IMG/VR virus record: IMGVR_UViG_3300009768_000008
Coordinates: 905 to 64,904 of that record
Direction: 5' to 3' (one strand)
Length of the DNA stretch: 64,000 nt
Origin: a virus
Shown: piece by piece, positions 21,170-28,719 of the stretch
How the letters are laid out: each line of letters opens with the position of its first letter
Numbering within the stretch: the stretch's first letter is position 1
Program-made: the position numbers and the translations under genes
Notes under the pieces: generated by a model
What the model was told of the DNA's origin: nothing
The model's input: the letters and a program-made list of their open reading frames with translations, nothing else
Databases searched by the model: none

Positions 21170-21682
21170 TTATTGATCGTACGCTAGGTTTTGTCCTCCG
21201 CGTACTGTGGAACTTTGTTCTTCTTTCAGATCTCGGTAAACTCCTTTGAAAGACTGACGTACCTGGTCAAATCGTTCAGCTATACGTAACAGAGCAGTAG
21301 CAGATCCATCACGGCCGGCAGTAGGTTTCTCGTTAGCCATGAAAGTGGCCATGTTATCAAGTGCTACCTTGATACCGTGATATGCCCTGTATGTAGGAGT
21401 TTCATAAAGCTTCCTGCATCTGAATAAACCTTCTTTGATAAGATCATCATCAGTAGAAAAGTCGGCATCAACCTCCTGTAAGATCATCTCTTCCTTATCT
21501 TGTTCGGGTACATCAAAGAAGGGATTAAGATCCGGGTTAGGACAGGTCATATAGAACAAGTACGCATAGATCTTTAAGTGATCATCCGGATACTTGTCCA
21601 TGATGTCTTTCAAAAACTTCAGTGTGTAACAGTGTTCGGTAGCTGTTACTTTTCCATTCTGTATATCAAATAGTCTTACCAT
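21170..21682 (-). CDS. hypothetical protein (170 aa)
   Basis: ORF track. Confidence 0.45.
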   Translation of the reverse strand: MVRLFDIQNGKVTATEHCYTLKFLKDIMDKYPDDHLKIYAYLFYMTCPNPDLNPFFDVPEQDKEEMILQEVDADFSTDDDLIKEGLFRCRKLYETPTYRAYHGIKVALDNMATFMANEKPTAGRDGSATALLRIAERFDQVRQSFKGVYRDLKEEQSSTVRGGQNLAYDQ

Positions 21683-21965
21683 GGGTGTTTTTACGCATCT
21701 TCCTGCGTGTGGGTTTATTGGATCTTACTTTTTCAAAATACTTTCCTATAGCATCTTTGAAGTCGTCTAGCTTAAATTGTTTGTTATACGCCTGCTTGTT
21801 TCCTTCTTTCAACTGTTCATACAAGCCTTTATACCGGTTATCCAGCTCCTTTGCAATCATCTTTAGTCCTGTTGGACCTGTCATGATGCGTATTTGTCTT
21901 TCCATGTTTTCTTCTTCTGTTTTTCTTCTTCCTGGGTTCCGTTGTGATTCCGTTACTGACATCAA
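21666..21965 (-). CDS. hypothetical basic protein (99 aa)
   Basis: ORF track. Confidence 0.4.
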   Translation of the reverse strand: MMSVTESQRNPGRRKTEEENMERQIRIMTGPTGLKMIAKELDNRYKGLYEQLKEGNKQAYNKQFKLDDFKDAIGKYFEKVRSNKPTRRKMRKNTHGKTI

Positions 21966-21998
21966 GAAGTATAAAACTGTAACTCTCTAAAGGATCTT

Positions 21999-22937
21999 TC
22001 ATGACTTAGGTTTGAGTTTATCTCTGTTATCTTCTAACCAGTGCATAAGAGAGATCACCTCTGCCTTAAGATAAGGAAGCTCATACTGGACAACATCTTT
22101 TACAATCGGATCTCCATTTGTATCCAGGGCAGTAATGGGGTTACCATACTTATCCTCTCCTACTGTATCAAAAAGTATATGGTGGATGATCAGCTTACCT
22201 GGCTTTAACCTGGGATTATGTTTCAGGATCATATACATGTACAGAGAGAGCTGTAGATTATAATGATTCAGATTACAGTCATCCAGATGTCCTACTGGTG
22301 TCTGCATCTTTTGAGTGATACCTTCCCAGTTAGTATAGCCTTCTGTCTTGATCTCCTTATTTGTTTTGTAGTCTGTGATATGCACGACACCATTTACCAC
22401 CTCGACCAGGTCAGACTGTCCACATAGACCGGCAGACTTCAGATAAACCAAGTGTTCAGGATACACACCATCCTTAAGTTTTTGTTCCGGGGAATATTTG
22501 ATACCCTCTATCTCCACTGGTTTTATGATAGGGACTGATACACCATGGCGTTCTATTGTTTCCAGTTCACAGAGATCTCGTTCACGACAGTTATGGTACC
22601 AGGTACCTAGTGTAGTAGCACGGTTGGCTTCAGATCTCCAGGCTTCTTTGATAGCCTCTGGAGTCATACCATACCATTTGCTTTTCTTGTTTTTGGAGCT
22701 TTTAAGAGCTATTGCATCAGCATCAAAGGGTTGTTTGAAGTTGGATATGAAACTGGTTACGGAAACCCAGTCCCGTTTATCTTCGTCCTTTATACTTGTG
22801 TACTTGTGATCTTGGGGTGTGAATCTTAGTATCATAGGTAAATCCGATTTGGTTTTTAACTGGTCGGCACTCAAGTACGTTGAGTATTTCATCGACCGAG
22901 TGGTAAGTAGCATAGAACTGGGCAGAGTATTTATCAA
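21999..22937 (-). CDS. PD-(D/E)xK family nuclease (RecB/Cas4-like fold), 312 aa
   Basis: Motifs GQSDLVEVV and VHITDYKT give the D...E/D-x-K arrangement. The N-terminus may start at an internal Met because of overlap with the next ORF. Confidence 0.5.
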   Translation of the reverse strand: MINTLPSSMLLTTRSMKYSTYLSADQLKTKSDLPMILRFTPQDHKYTSIKDEDKRDWVSVTSFISNFKQPFDADAIALKSSKNKKSKWYGMTPEAIKEAWRSEANRATTLGTWYHNCRERDLCELETIERHGVSVPIIKPVEIEGIKYSPEQKLKDGVYPEHLVYLKSAGLCGQSDLVEVVNGVVHITDYKTNKEIKTEGYTNWEGITQKMQTPVGHLDDCNLNHYNLQLSLYMYMILKHNPRLKPGKLIIHHILFDTVGEDKYGNPITALDTNGDPIVKDVVQYELPYLKAEVISLMHWLEDNRDKLKPKS

Positions 22938-23169
22938 ATACCACCGACCTGGTTTTTGCTATCTTATGTTTAGAAGTCACATACTCCTCAATACTCACGA
23001 TCCCCTCTTTTCTTACCCACTTCTTTACCCGTAGCTGTTTAACCAGCTTTTGTTTCTTCACTGGAAAAAGATCACCCTCAGGCATTTTTTCAAACTCGAT
23101 CTTTTCCTTGTAGACAGAGTGTATGACTTCTAGCTGTATGCTTTCGTTAGTGTGAACAACAGGCATCAA
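22777..23169 (-). CDS. hypothetical protein (130 aa)
   Basis: ORF track; overlaps the 5' end of the nuclease ORF. Confidence 0.3.
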   Translation of the reverse strand: MMPVVHTNESIQLEVIHSVYKEKIEFEKMPEGDLFPVKKQKLVKQLRVKKWVRKEGIVSIEEYVTSKHKIAKTRSVVFDKYSAQFYATYHSVDEILNVLECRPVKNQIGFTYDTKIHTPRSQVHKYKGRR

Positions 23170-23549
23170 TAGCCGATTTTTTCTTTGAGTTTATCTTCTT
23201 CCTCTTCTGTAAGTTCAGCCTCCCACTTTTTTAGCGGACATGCTGATGAAAGACTTCTGGTCTTGAAATCCAGGGAGCATCCACAGCCTCCTTTTGTTGA
23301 GTCACAACAGGGATAAGTTCCCGGTACAACACAACCTTCAGAGTTATAGGTAAGAAGCTCACACTGCCGGCAGATTTGCATGCGTTCGTGAGCTATGTGT
23401 TCGACGTCTTCACGCTTGAACACGCTGTTCATTACTCCCTCAAGTATCTGACCCTTGTTCTTCCAGATCCTGATCAGGCTCTCCTTTAGTAACATAACTG
23501 GTCTTTTTGTGTAGTTTAATAAACTCTGCTCGTTGGTTTTCTTCCTCAA
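23166..23549 (-). CDS. Cys-rich hypothetical protein (127 aa; start uncertain)
   Basis: CRQC...CC...CGC cluster; overlaps its upstream neighbour, so the true start is probably an internal Met. Confidence 0.35.
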   Translation of the reverse strand: MRKKTNEQSLLNYTKRPVMLLKESLIRIWKNKGQILEGVMNSVFKREDVEHIAHERMQICRQCELLTYNSEGCVVPGTYPCCDSTKGGCGCSLDFKTRSLSSACPLKKWEAELTEEEEDKLKEKIGY

Positions 23550-23859
23550 TGATCTTCTTAAGACTCTTCAGATCATAAAGTGTCTCTGCAGTTTTGAACC
23601 TAGCCGTTATCTGCTGCAGACCTTTTAGTCTATTGGACTCTTCAAACTGTTCAAGCCTCATTATTTTTTCATCCAGTTTCCAGTGCTTTACTACGAAGTC
23701 ACCGAGATTAGTGACATGTACGCGTGAGTGTTTCAAACCGGATAAAGCTTTCCGAACCTCCCTCCAGTAGTGATTGATGATGACCATTGCCACATCGGGT
23801 GAGATGTCTACTTCCGTAGCTACCTGGGGAACCAGGTCTTTAGCTTTGATTGGTCTCAA
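23440..23859 (-). CDS. hypothetical protein (139 aa)
   Basis: ORF track. Confidence 0.4.
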   Translation of the reverse strand: MRPIKAKDLVPQVATEVDISPDVAMVIINHYWREVRKALSGLKHSRVHVTNLGDFVVKHWKLDEKIMRLEQFEESNRLKGLQQITARFKTAETLYDLKSLKKIIEEENQRAEFIKLHKKTSYVTKGEPDQDLEEQGSDT

Positions 23860-24211
23860 CGCTTAGGAATTTATAGTCAAGCAGAATGTTACCTTTTGCA
23901 TGGATCTTCAGTTCAGGGTTCAGATAGATCTTCTTCTTATTCTTACCCTCTTTCTTGATAAGGTTTTTCTTTTCTGCCTTTGTTAAACAGTTACGTACAG
24001 ACTGAGTGGATGAAAAGATTGCACTCTTTGAAGCATTGTTACAAAACTGGGTAAGCTCTTGCTCCCCACTTATTGCAAGCATGGTAAGACAGTTCAGATC
24101 AGCCTCACTTACAGATATCTTGGTCAGGTAACAATGAGTCATCAGCTGGTACTTTACAATGTCCCAGAGATTCATTCTTACTCTTTTATCAACCTGGTTT
24201 ACTAGTGCCAT
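23840..24211 (-). CDS. hypothetical protein (123 aa)
   Basis: ORF track. Confidence 0.4.
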   Translation of the reverse strand: MALVNQVDKRVRMNLWDIVKYQLMTHCYLTKISVSEADLNCLTMLAISGEQELTQFCNNASKSAIFSSTQSVRNCLTKAEKKNLIKKEGKNKKKIYLNPELKIHAKGNILLDYKFLSVETNQS

Positions 24212-24212
24212 G

Positions 24213-24644
24213 TTACAAATCCATTTTAAAAAACATGTAGTCTTCTCCTGTACCTCCCCAGTTTACATGCAGAACTACTGGTGTAGCTCCAAGGTTCTCG
24301 AAGATGTGCCAGCTCTTTCCTTTCCTGGCCTCTCCAGTTACATGCTTAAACCCAAACTCTTTAGCCCATTCCAGACCGGCTCTGACTATTTTGTAACCAA
24401 GACCTTTTCCTTGAAAGGCCGGGAGTACAGTGAAACTGTCAATGTGAGCCACGTTATCACTCTCCCAGCTAAAAAGGATCTCAGCTACTATTTCAGATCG
24501 GTCAACAAGCCAGATACCCTGAAACTTGTCTTCCTGGGTAAGCATGTACAACTTGTACTTATCATCCCATCGAAGCTCTTTGGGATGCTCGCGTTCAAAC
24601 TTGAAAGTCTCTTTGTAGTCTTTGAGTTTGTACAGGATCTTCAT
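24213..24644 (-). CDS. GNAT-family N-acetyltransferase (143 aa)
   Basis: acetyl-CoA binding motif A, Q-x-x-G-x-G, present as FQGKGLGYKIV. Confidence 0.55.
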   Translation of the reverse strand: MKILYKLKDYKETFKFEREHPKELRWDDKYKLYMLTQEDKFQGIWLVDRSEIVAEILFSWESDNVAHIDSFTVLPAFQGKGLGYKIVRAGLEWAKEFGFKHVTGEARKGKSWHIFENLGATPVVLHVNWGGTGEDYMFFKMDL

Positions 24645-24645
24645 A

Positions 24646-25041
24646 TTACTTTTTCAGTGTTCGTTCTTTTTTCTGCTCCTGCTCATTAGGGATGATCACT
24701 TCCTCACCAACGGTTAATCCCATCTCAGCCAGTTCCGGATTGTTATCCAGATCTTCCTGGGTAATCTTATGAGGAGTTCCTCCCTGATAAGGATCCGGAT
24801 CTGGTTTAGGGTTCGTGATCTGGGCAATAAAAGTCAACGCTTTTAGCTCCTCGGCCCTGGACACAGCTAAACGTGTGTTCAGATCCTGGAGCTCAACCTG
24901 GACTTTTTTTACTTCGATCTGTTCTTGGAAAAACTTGAGGATTTCCTCCCTGGTAGGGGCAGTCTTTTCCTCGGTGGGAGTTACATTGTCCTTAGACATA
25001 GGGCGTGGGTTTTTTAGGTGTTTAGAAATTCGGGCTATCAT
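24646..25041 (-). CDS. hypothetical protein (131 aa)
   Basis: ORF track. Confidence 0.4.
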   Translation of the reverse strand: MIARISKHLKNPRPMSKDNVTPTEEKTAPTREEILKFFQEQIEVKKVQVELQDLNTRLAVSRAEELKALTFIAQITNPKPDPDPYQGGTPHKITQEDLDNNPELAEMGLTVGEEVIIPNEQEQKKERTLKK

Positions 25042-25315
25042 CTGACTCTACCCCATGGTAGGCCAGAAACTTATGTTCAAACTCTTCAAACGGAGTGTCA
25101 ATGATCAGATGGTCGTCGTTCTTCATGAACAATGTGGTACATCCGCATGTCATCTCACCCTCATCATCTGAGGTAAGCTTAATACTTCTTACATCTTCCA
25201 AGAGAAACACAAAGTCCAGCCATTTACCTTTGTCGGTAATGTTCATGTCCTCAGCTTCTTTTGGATCCATGGAGTAGCAATGAAGCCTACACTTATGAAG
25301 CTTTAGAGTTTTCAT
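25022..25315 (-). CDS. hypothetical protein (97 aa)
   Basis: ORF track. Confidence 0.4.
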   Translation of the reverse strand: MKTLKLHKCRLHCYSMDPKEAEDMNITDKGKWLDFVFLLEDVRSIKLTSDDEGEMTCGCTTLFMKNDDHLIIDTPFEEFEHKFLAYHGVESDDSPNF

Positions 25316-25530
25316 TAGAGTACGGATTTGTTTTTCTTAGAAACATGGTACTGGTTATACCGCATATACTTGCTCTGGTTGGAGGCCTTGAGGATCTGGG
25401 TTGCCAGGGCACGTTCGGCTTCACCATCCCGGACATCTACTACGGGAACGTAGATCTTCTGTCCGTACTTATTTACAGTCTCTCTGAAATAGGATAACTG
25501 GGTTTGATCGTCTAATGATTGGTTTTCCAT
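25315..25530 (-). CDS. hypothetical protein (71 aa)
   Basis: ORF track; promoter-like element upstream at 25575-25605. Confidence 0.4.
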   Translation of the reverse strand: MENQSLDDQTQLSYFRETVNKYGQKIYVPVVDVRDGEAERALATQILKASNQSKYMRYNQYHVSKKNKSVL

Positions 25531-25730
25531 AGTGTAATAAGTTAAGGTTACAGTATAATATACTTAATAAGTTTAAACTCTACAAATTTATCTTGTAGAA
25601 CTTATAAAAAGTACACAAACTTATACACTATGTGTGGATATGTAAGCGTTGAGGAAGTACAAAGAAAGCCGGTTACTTGGAGAGATGCAAGTACCCGGGC
25701 CCTAAATATCTTAGAGAGGTTAGGTGGTAA

Positions 25731-26117
25731 CTAGGCAGAAAGCTGTTCCTTTTCTAATAAGACAATGATGTCTTCTGGGAGATTGTGCTTCTTATGATGC
25801 TTGTAGAAATAGTTCACCAGGGCTTTGTGGTAGACCTCCTGGGCATGCGTGAGAGGTTTGGTATCCTCATGAAGTTCATAGGTAACTTTTACCGGTATGG
25901 TCTGGTACTGCTTTCGTACAACCAGCTCATATTCTTCCAGATCTTTTAAGGTCTCACTGAGGACTTTGACAGATATATCCGGGAGCTTGCGTTTGAGTTC
26001 AGAGAATCTCATGGGGCCCTGGCGTAGGTGCCAGATAACTACTGCTCTCCACTTTTTGCCCCACATCTCGGAGGCTAGGTTCATCAGGTAAGCTGCTAAC
26101 ATATGATTACAACACAA
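25731..26117 (-). CDS. HxlR-family winged-helix transcriptional regulator (128 aa)
   Basis: WRAVVIWHLRQGPMRFSELKRKLPDISVKVLSETLKDLEEYELVVRKQYQTIPVKVTYEL matches the HxlR signature (GP-RF-EL...IS-K-L...L..L...LV.R..Y...P..V.Y.L). Confidence 0.6.
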   Translation of the reverse strand: MCCNHMLAAYLMNLASEMWGKKWRAVVIWHLRQGPMRFSELKRKLPDISVKVLSETLKDLEEYELVVRKQYQTIPVKVTYELHEDTKPLTHAQEVYHKALVNYFYKHHKKHNLPEDIIVLLEKEQLSA

Positions 26118-26245
26118 TAAACAAAACTCAGCAGTAGTAGTTGTCTTTAGAGTGGACTATTTCTCACTGAGGTAAGTAGATTACTAAGGGGTAATACTTA
26201 GTAAAATTAATCAGTGTCAGCTTATATACAACTGATTCTTATCAG

Positions 26246-26317
26246 TTTCCTCCCCTGGGTACGATCCAGGAACTGCAGGGCCAAAACCTGCCGTGATACC
26301 AGTTTCACCAAAAGGAA
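26246..26317 (-). tRNA. tRNA-Gln (anticodon UUG)
   Basis: Hand-folded cloverleaf. Acceptor UUCCUUU/GGAGGAA; D GUGA-AACUGGUA-UCAC; anticodon stem GCAGG/CCUGC with loop UUUUGGC; T CCUGG-AUCGUAC-CCAGG. Confidence 0.6.
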
Positions 26318-26323
26318 ATAGTG

Positions 26324-26395
26324 GGTGTAAGGACGGTACCGACCCGTCTTCCCCAGGTCCACAACCTGGTGCATCACCTTAATGCTTCAAACACC
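26324..26395 (-). tRNA. tRNA-His (anticodon GUG) with G-1:C73
   Basis: D GCAU/AUGC; anticodon CCAGG-UUGUGGA-CCUGG; T GACGG-GUCGGUA-CCGUC; extra 5' G pairs with C73; the acceptor stem has two U.U mismatches. Confidence 0.5.
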
Positions 26396-26400
26396 ATAAG

Positions 26401-26472
26401 AGCCTTCTACCGGAACCGACCCGGTAAGTCCTGTTTACAAGACAGGCAGTTTTCCAGTTAGCTTAAGAAGGC
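26401..26472 (-). tRNA. tRNA-Thr (anticodon UGU)
   Basis: acceptor GCCUUCU/AGAAGGC perfect; anticodon CCUGU-CUUGUAA-ACAGG; T ACCGG-GUCGGUU-CCGGU. Confidence 0.55.
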
Positions 26473-26477
26473 CTGTG

Positions 26478-26550
26478 TGGTACAGAGTGGTTACGATCCA
26501 CTTCCCCCGGTTTTTCAGACCGGTGCTTCTACCAAGTTAGCTTCTGCACC
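26478..26550 (-). tRNA. tRNA-Phe (anticodon GAA)
   Basis: acceptor GGUGCAG/CUGUACC; anticodon CCGGU-CUGAAAA-ACCGG; T AGUGG-AUCGUAA-CCACU. Confidence 0.6.
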
Positions 26551-26625
26551 AAGTAGGACTTTGTCAAAGCCGGCCACTCCTGCACAAAGAGGAGACCAGC
26601 TTGATCAGGTGTCCTGAAACCTTTG

Positions 26626-26698
26626 AGGTGGGTGGGAAACTCGAAGCCCCGTATGACTGTTTTGCGGACAGTTGCCTTACCATCTTGGCGAACCCACC
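26626..26698 (-). tRNA. tRNA-Cys (anticodon GCA)
   Basis: acceptor GGUGGGU/ACCCACC perfect; anticodon ACUGU-CCGCAAA-ACAGU (C33 unusual); T-loop UUCGAGU. Confidence 0.5.
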
Positions 26699-26704
26699 AT
26701 GTTG

Positions 26705-26776
26705 TCTAGCTGATCTGGATCGAACAGACGTAATCTTGCTCCCAAAGCAAGTGCCTTACCGCTAGGCTACAGCTAG
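26705..26776 (-). tRNA. tRNA-Pro (anticodon UGG)
   Basis: acceptor CUAGCUG/CAGCUAG; D GCCU-AGCGGUA-AGGC; anticodon CUUGC-UUUGGGA-GCAAG; T GUCUG-UUCGAUC-CAGAU. Confidence 0.65.
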
Positions 26777-26830
26777 AAAAAGAAAACCCCCAAACCGTTT
26801 TACCAGTCTGGGGGTTAGTATTTTGATTTT
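26774..26830. terminator. bidirectional terminator-like hairpin AACCCCC-(17 nt)-GGGGGTT flanked by U tracts on both strands
   Basis: read directly; abuts the 5' end of tRNA-Pro. Confidence 0.5.
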
Positions 26831-26944
26831 GTACTTCTTAACTCGTTGCTATGATCACTGTACATACACCAACACAACTACCCCCGCAGACCGGACAAGG
26901 TTGCGTAAACTGGGTAAACTGTGTATGGGTAGTAATCTTCTTCA

Positions 26945-26986
26945 TCTACAATACAAAGATACTACTTTTTGTAGAACTACCAAAAT
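26945..26986 (-). promoter_or_regulatory. Bacteroidetes-type sigma-A promoter (minus strand): -33 TTTG at 26983-26986 and -7 TATCTTTG at 26952-26959, 19-nt spacer containing GTTCTAC
   Basis: matches the TTTG / TAnnTTTG consensus with canonical spacing; the same extended motif recurs at six or more sites. Confidence 0.5.
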
Positions 26987-26993
26987 CTTTTTG

Positions 26994-27066
26994 CACGGGC
27001 CCAGGGAAACGATCCCTGTCCATCCGAGGTTTTGGAGACCTGGTGCATACCATTATGCTGGCCCAT
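26994..27066 (-). tRNA. tRNA-Trp (anticodon CCA), reduced D-loop
   Basis: acceptor AUGGGCC/GGCCCGU; anticodon CAGGU-CUCCAAA-ACCUC (4 bp); T CAGGG-AUCGUUU-CCCUG; D-loop only 4 nt. Confidence 0.45.
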
Positions 27067-27071
27067 GTATG

Positions 27072-27155
27072 TGGGAAGTGAGTGAGTCGAACACCCCGAG
27101 TCCGTAGACAGCTGGTTTACAATCAGCCCCGCTACCACTTACGGTATAACTTCCC
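27072..27155 (-). tRNA. tRNA-Tyr (anticodon GUA), long variable arm
   Basis: acceptor GGGAAGU/ACUUCCC perfect; anticodon GCUGA-UUGUAAA-CCAGC; variable hairpin; T GGGUG-UUCGACU-CACUC. Confidence 0.55.
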
Positions 27156-27235
27156 CTATTTCGCATATCCAGTCAGTAGTCTTTCCGTCAAAAGCTATCA
27201 ACCAGAGTATGCCGTTCATATTAACGATGTACATG

Positions 27236-27321
27236 CAGAGAGCAGAGTAGTCGAAACCCACCCCGGTTAAGGAGCCCACTGTTTAGCAAACAGGTCTGAC
27301 CACCTAGTCAGTTTACTCTCT
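27236..27321 (-). tRNA. tRNA-Ser (anticodon GCU), long variable arm
   Basis: acceptor AGAGAGU/GCUCUCU; 3-bp D-stem; anticodon CCUGU-UUGCUAA-ACAGU; T-loop UUCGACU. Confidence 0.5.
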
Positions 27322-27326
27322 AGATG

Positions 27327-27418
27327 CGGAAGGCAGAGGAACCGACCCCCATGCCCGTGTAAGGGGCAGCCTAGTTTTCAAGACTAGTCGCCACTCCAAT
27401 GTAGCTGCATTACCTTCC
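27327..27418 (-). tRNA. tRNA-Ser (anticodon UGA), long variable arm
   Basis: acceptor GGAAGGU/GCCUUCC; anticodon CUAGU-CUUGAAA-ACUAG; variable hairpin UGCCC-CUUACAC-GGGCA; atypical T-arm. Confidence 0.5.
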
Positions 27419-27424
27419 ATGTAG

Positions 27425-27510
27425 TACCGGTGGAGGGGGATGATCCCACACGATCCTTTCGGATCACAAGATTTTAAGTCTTGCGTGTCTGCCTATTTCA
27501 CCACACCGGC
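27425..27510 (-). tRNA. tRNA-Leu (anticodon UAA), long variable arm
   Basis: acceptor GCCGGUG/CACCGGU; anticodon CAAGA-CUUAAAA-UCUUG; variable hairpin GAUCC-GAAA-GGAUC. Confidence 0.55.
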
Positions 27511-27591
27511 AGTTGTCTGGACTCTCACCATAGCAGTCAGGGATTTCAGGTCCCCAGGTGTGCATTCAATTCGTCCCACCTTCTGACATCG

Positions 27592-27674
27592 TACCTCTGA
27601 CAGGCCTCGAACCTGCACCCGTTTCCGGACTAGATCCTAAGTCTAGCGTGTCTCCCAAGTTTCACCACAGAGGT
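27592..27674 (-). tRNA. tRNA-Leu (anticodon UAG), long variable arm
   Basis: acceptor ACCUCUG/CAGAGGU; anticodon CUAGA-CUUAGGA-UCUAG; T GCAGG-UUCGAGG-CCUGU. Confidence 0.55.
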
Positions 27675-27685
27675 ATAAAAACCAA

Positions 27686-27715
27686 AATCCCGACCAGGAA
27701 AACCTAATCGGGATT
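27686..27715. terminator. hairpin AATCCCGA-(14 nt)-TCGGGATT followed by a U tract (plus strand); also U-flanked on the minus strand
   Basis: read directly. Confidence 0.4.
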
Positions 27716-27941
27716 GGAAACTTTTTCAGTAACTACATACCTCACCCGATTGGTTTATGCAACCAATACAGACTGAGTGAGGATAGAGTAAACTGCTTCA
27801 TAAAAATTTGGTGGATGGTCACCCCACTTGTTTTAATCTAAACAAGAAATCATCGGTCGGTTACGTTAACTTCTCAGCTTGAACGCCTGTCGTGTGACCT
27901 TTCAGCTTTCACGCCTGTTAAGAGGCTTTACCGACCATCAC

Positions 27942-27990
27942 AATACAAATATACAACTCTTTTGGAGTTCTACAAAATATTTTTGTGGAG
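27942..27990 (-). promoter_or_regulatory. Bacteroidetes-type promoter (minus): -33 TTTG inside ATTTTGTAGAAC, 19-nt spacer, -7 TATATTTG. Also a near-palindrome TCTACAAAAtatTTTTGTGGAG.
   Basis: read on the minus strand: ctccacaaaaatatTTTGtagaactccaaaagagttgTATATTTGtattg. Confidence 0.55.
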
Positions 27991-28061
27991 ACTCTGGAAC
28001 TTGAATCCAGCTGATATCCTGCTTGCAAGGCAGGTGTCCACTCCTGGCAGACCCAGTCCCC
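27986..28061 (-). tRNA. tRNA-Ala (anticodon UGC)
   Basis: acceptor GGGGACU/AGUCUCC (G.U); anticodon CCUGC-CUUGCAA-GCAGG; T CUGGA-UUCAAGU-UCCAG; 7-nt variable region is unusual. Confidence 0.45.
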
Positions 28062-28067
28062 ATGCTG

Positions 28068-28139
28068 TACTCTCGGGTGGTAACGATCCACCTACCTTCT
28101 CCGTATCAGGGAGCTACTCTACCATTGAGCTACGAGAGT
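28068..28139 (-). tRNA. tRNA-Ile (anticodon GAU)
   Basis: acceptor ACUCUCG/CGAGAGU perfect; D GCUC-AAUGGUA-GAGU; loop CUGAUAC; T GGUGG-AUCGUUA-CCACC. Confidence 0.6.
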
Positions 28140-28144
28140 ATAAG

Positions 28145-28217
28145 TTGATCCGGGTGGGTACGATCCACCGACCTTGACGTTATGAGCGTCCTGCTACTAC
28201 CACTGAGCTACGGATCA
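28145..28217 (-). tRNA. tRNA-Met (anticodon CAU), copy 1
   Basis: acceptor UGAUCCG/CGGAUCA; D-arm GUAGCUCAGUGGUAG; loop CUCAUAA; T GGUGG-AUCGUAC-CCACC. Confidence 0.55.
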
Positions 28218-28222
28218 GTATG

Positions 28223-28296
28223 CGGTCCGTACCGGGATCAAACCGGTCATCTCTGGCGTGACAAGCCAGCGTCTTCATCGTGCAGACCCACGGACC
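28223..28296 (-). tRNA. tRNA-Asp (anticodon GUC)
   Basis: acceptor GGUCCGU/ACGGACC perfect; anticodon CUGGC-UUGUCAC-GCCAG perfect; T ACCGG-UUUGAUC-CCGGU. Confidence 0.6.
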
Positions 28297-28302
28297 AAAT
28301 AG

Positions 28303-28376
28303 TACCCCCACCGGAGATCGAATCCGGTTCTTCACCGTGAAAGGGTGGCGTCCTGTACCTTCTAGACGATAGGGGC
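28303..28376 (-). tRNA. tRNA-Glu (anticodon UUC)
   Basis: acceptor GCCCCUA/UGGGGGU; D CGUC/GACG; loop CUUUCAC; T CCGGA-UUCGAUC-UCCGG (canonical). Confidence 0.55.
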
Positions 28377-28456
28377 AAATTGGAGGCTTAGGACTCCATC
28401 ATCCTCCTTGAGATCCCGGCGTCCTTCTACTTTTTATAGTACGGATCTCTTTTACG

Positions 28457-28528
28457 AGCAGCATCTCGGGGTCGATCCGAGTTCTCCGGTTTGGAAGACC
28501 GGCACATCAGCCCTAATGCTTATGCTGC
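28457..28528 (-). tRNA. tRNA-Gly (anticodon UCC)
   Basis: acceptor GCAGCAU/AUGCUGC perfect; anticodon CCGGU-CUUCCAA-ACCGG perfect; T CUCGG-AUCGACC-CCGAG. Confidence 0.6.
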
Positions 28529-28639
28529 ATGAAAGAACAGAGCTCCAGGGGAATCTCACCCGTCTGTCCGGAACAGACCTCACTGCCTTTTACTATGTAC
28601 GGTATTTACTCGTACACAACAGCTACCTGAAGATGATCT

Positions 28640-28710
28640 TGGTTGCGGGGCCGGGATTTGAACCCGGGAAACACGGCTTATGAGACCGGTCGGCCACCTG
28701 GCTCCCCACA
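28640..28710 (-). tRNA. tRNA-Met/Ile2 (anticodon CAU), copy 2, CCA encoded, reduced D-arm
   Basis: T CCGGG-UUCAAAU-CCCGG; acceptor UGUGGGG/CCCCGCA plus ACCA; loop CUCAUAA; the 8-48 region is about 6 nt short. Confidence 0.45.
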
Positions 28711-28719
28711 ATAAAACTG

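Noticed and set aside
20871-21176. 101-aa plus-strand ORF spanning the small terminase-adjacent gene and the intergenic hairpin
   Set aside because: It overlaps a better minus-strand gene in antisense, sits in a uniformly minus-strand operon, and its composition is implausible.
27156-27235. Possible tRNA between tRNA-Tyr and tRNA-Ser
   Set aside because: The only complementary ends (GCAUACU / GAUAUGC) enclose 50 nt, which is too short for a tRNA.
26823-27270. Plus-strand ORFs 26823..27107, 26851..27081 and 27082..27270 inside the tRNA array
   Set aside because: They run antisense across tRNA-Trp and tRNA-Tyr genes and a promoter, so they are spurious.
27425-27510. Ochre-suppressor tRNA (anticodon UUA) read from the plus strand
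   Set aside because: The hairpin only makes sense as part of a full minus-strand cloverleaf. On that strand the anticodon is UAA, an ordinary tRNA-Leu.
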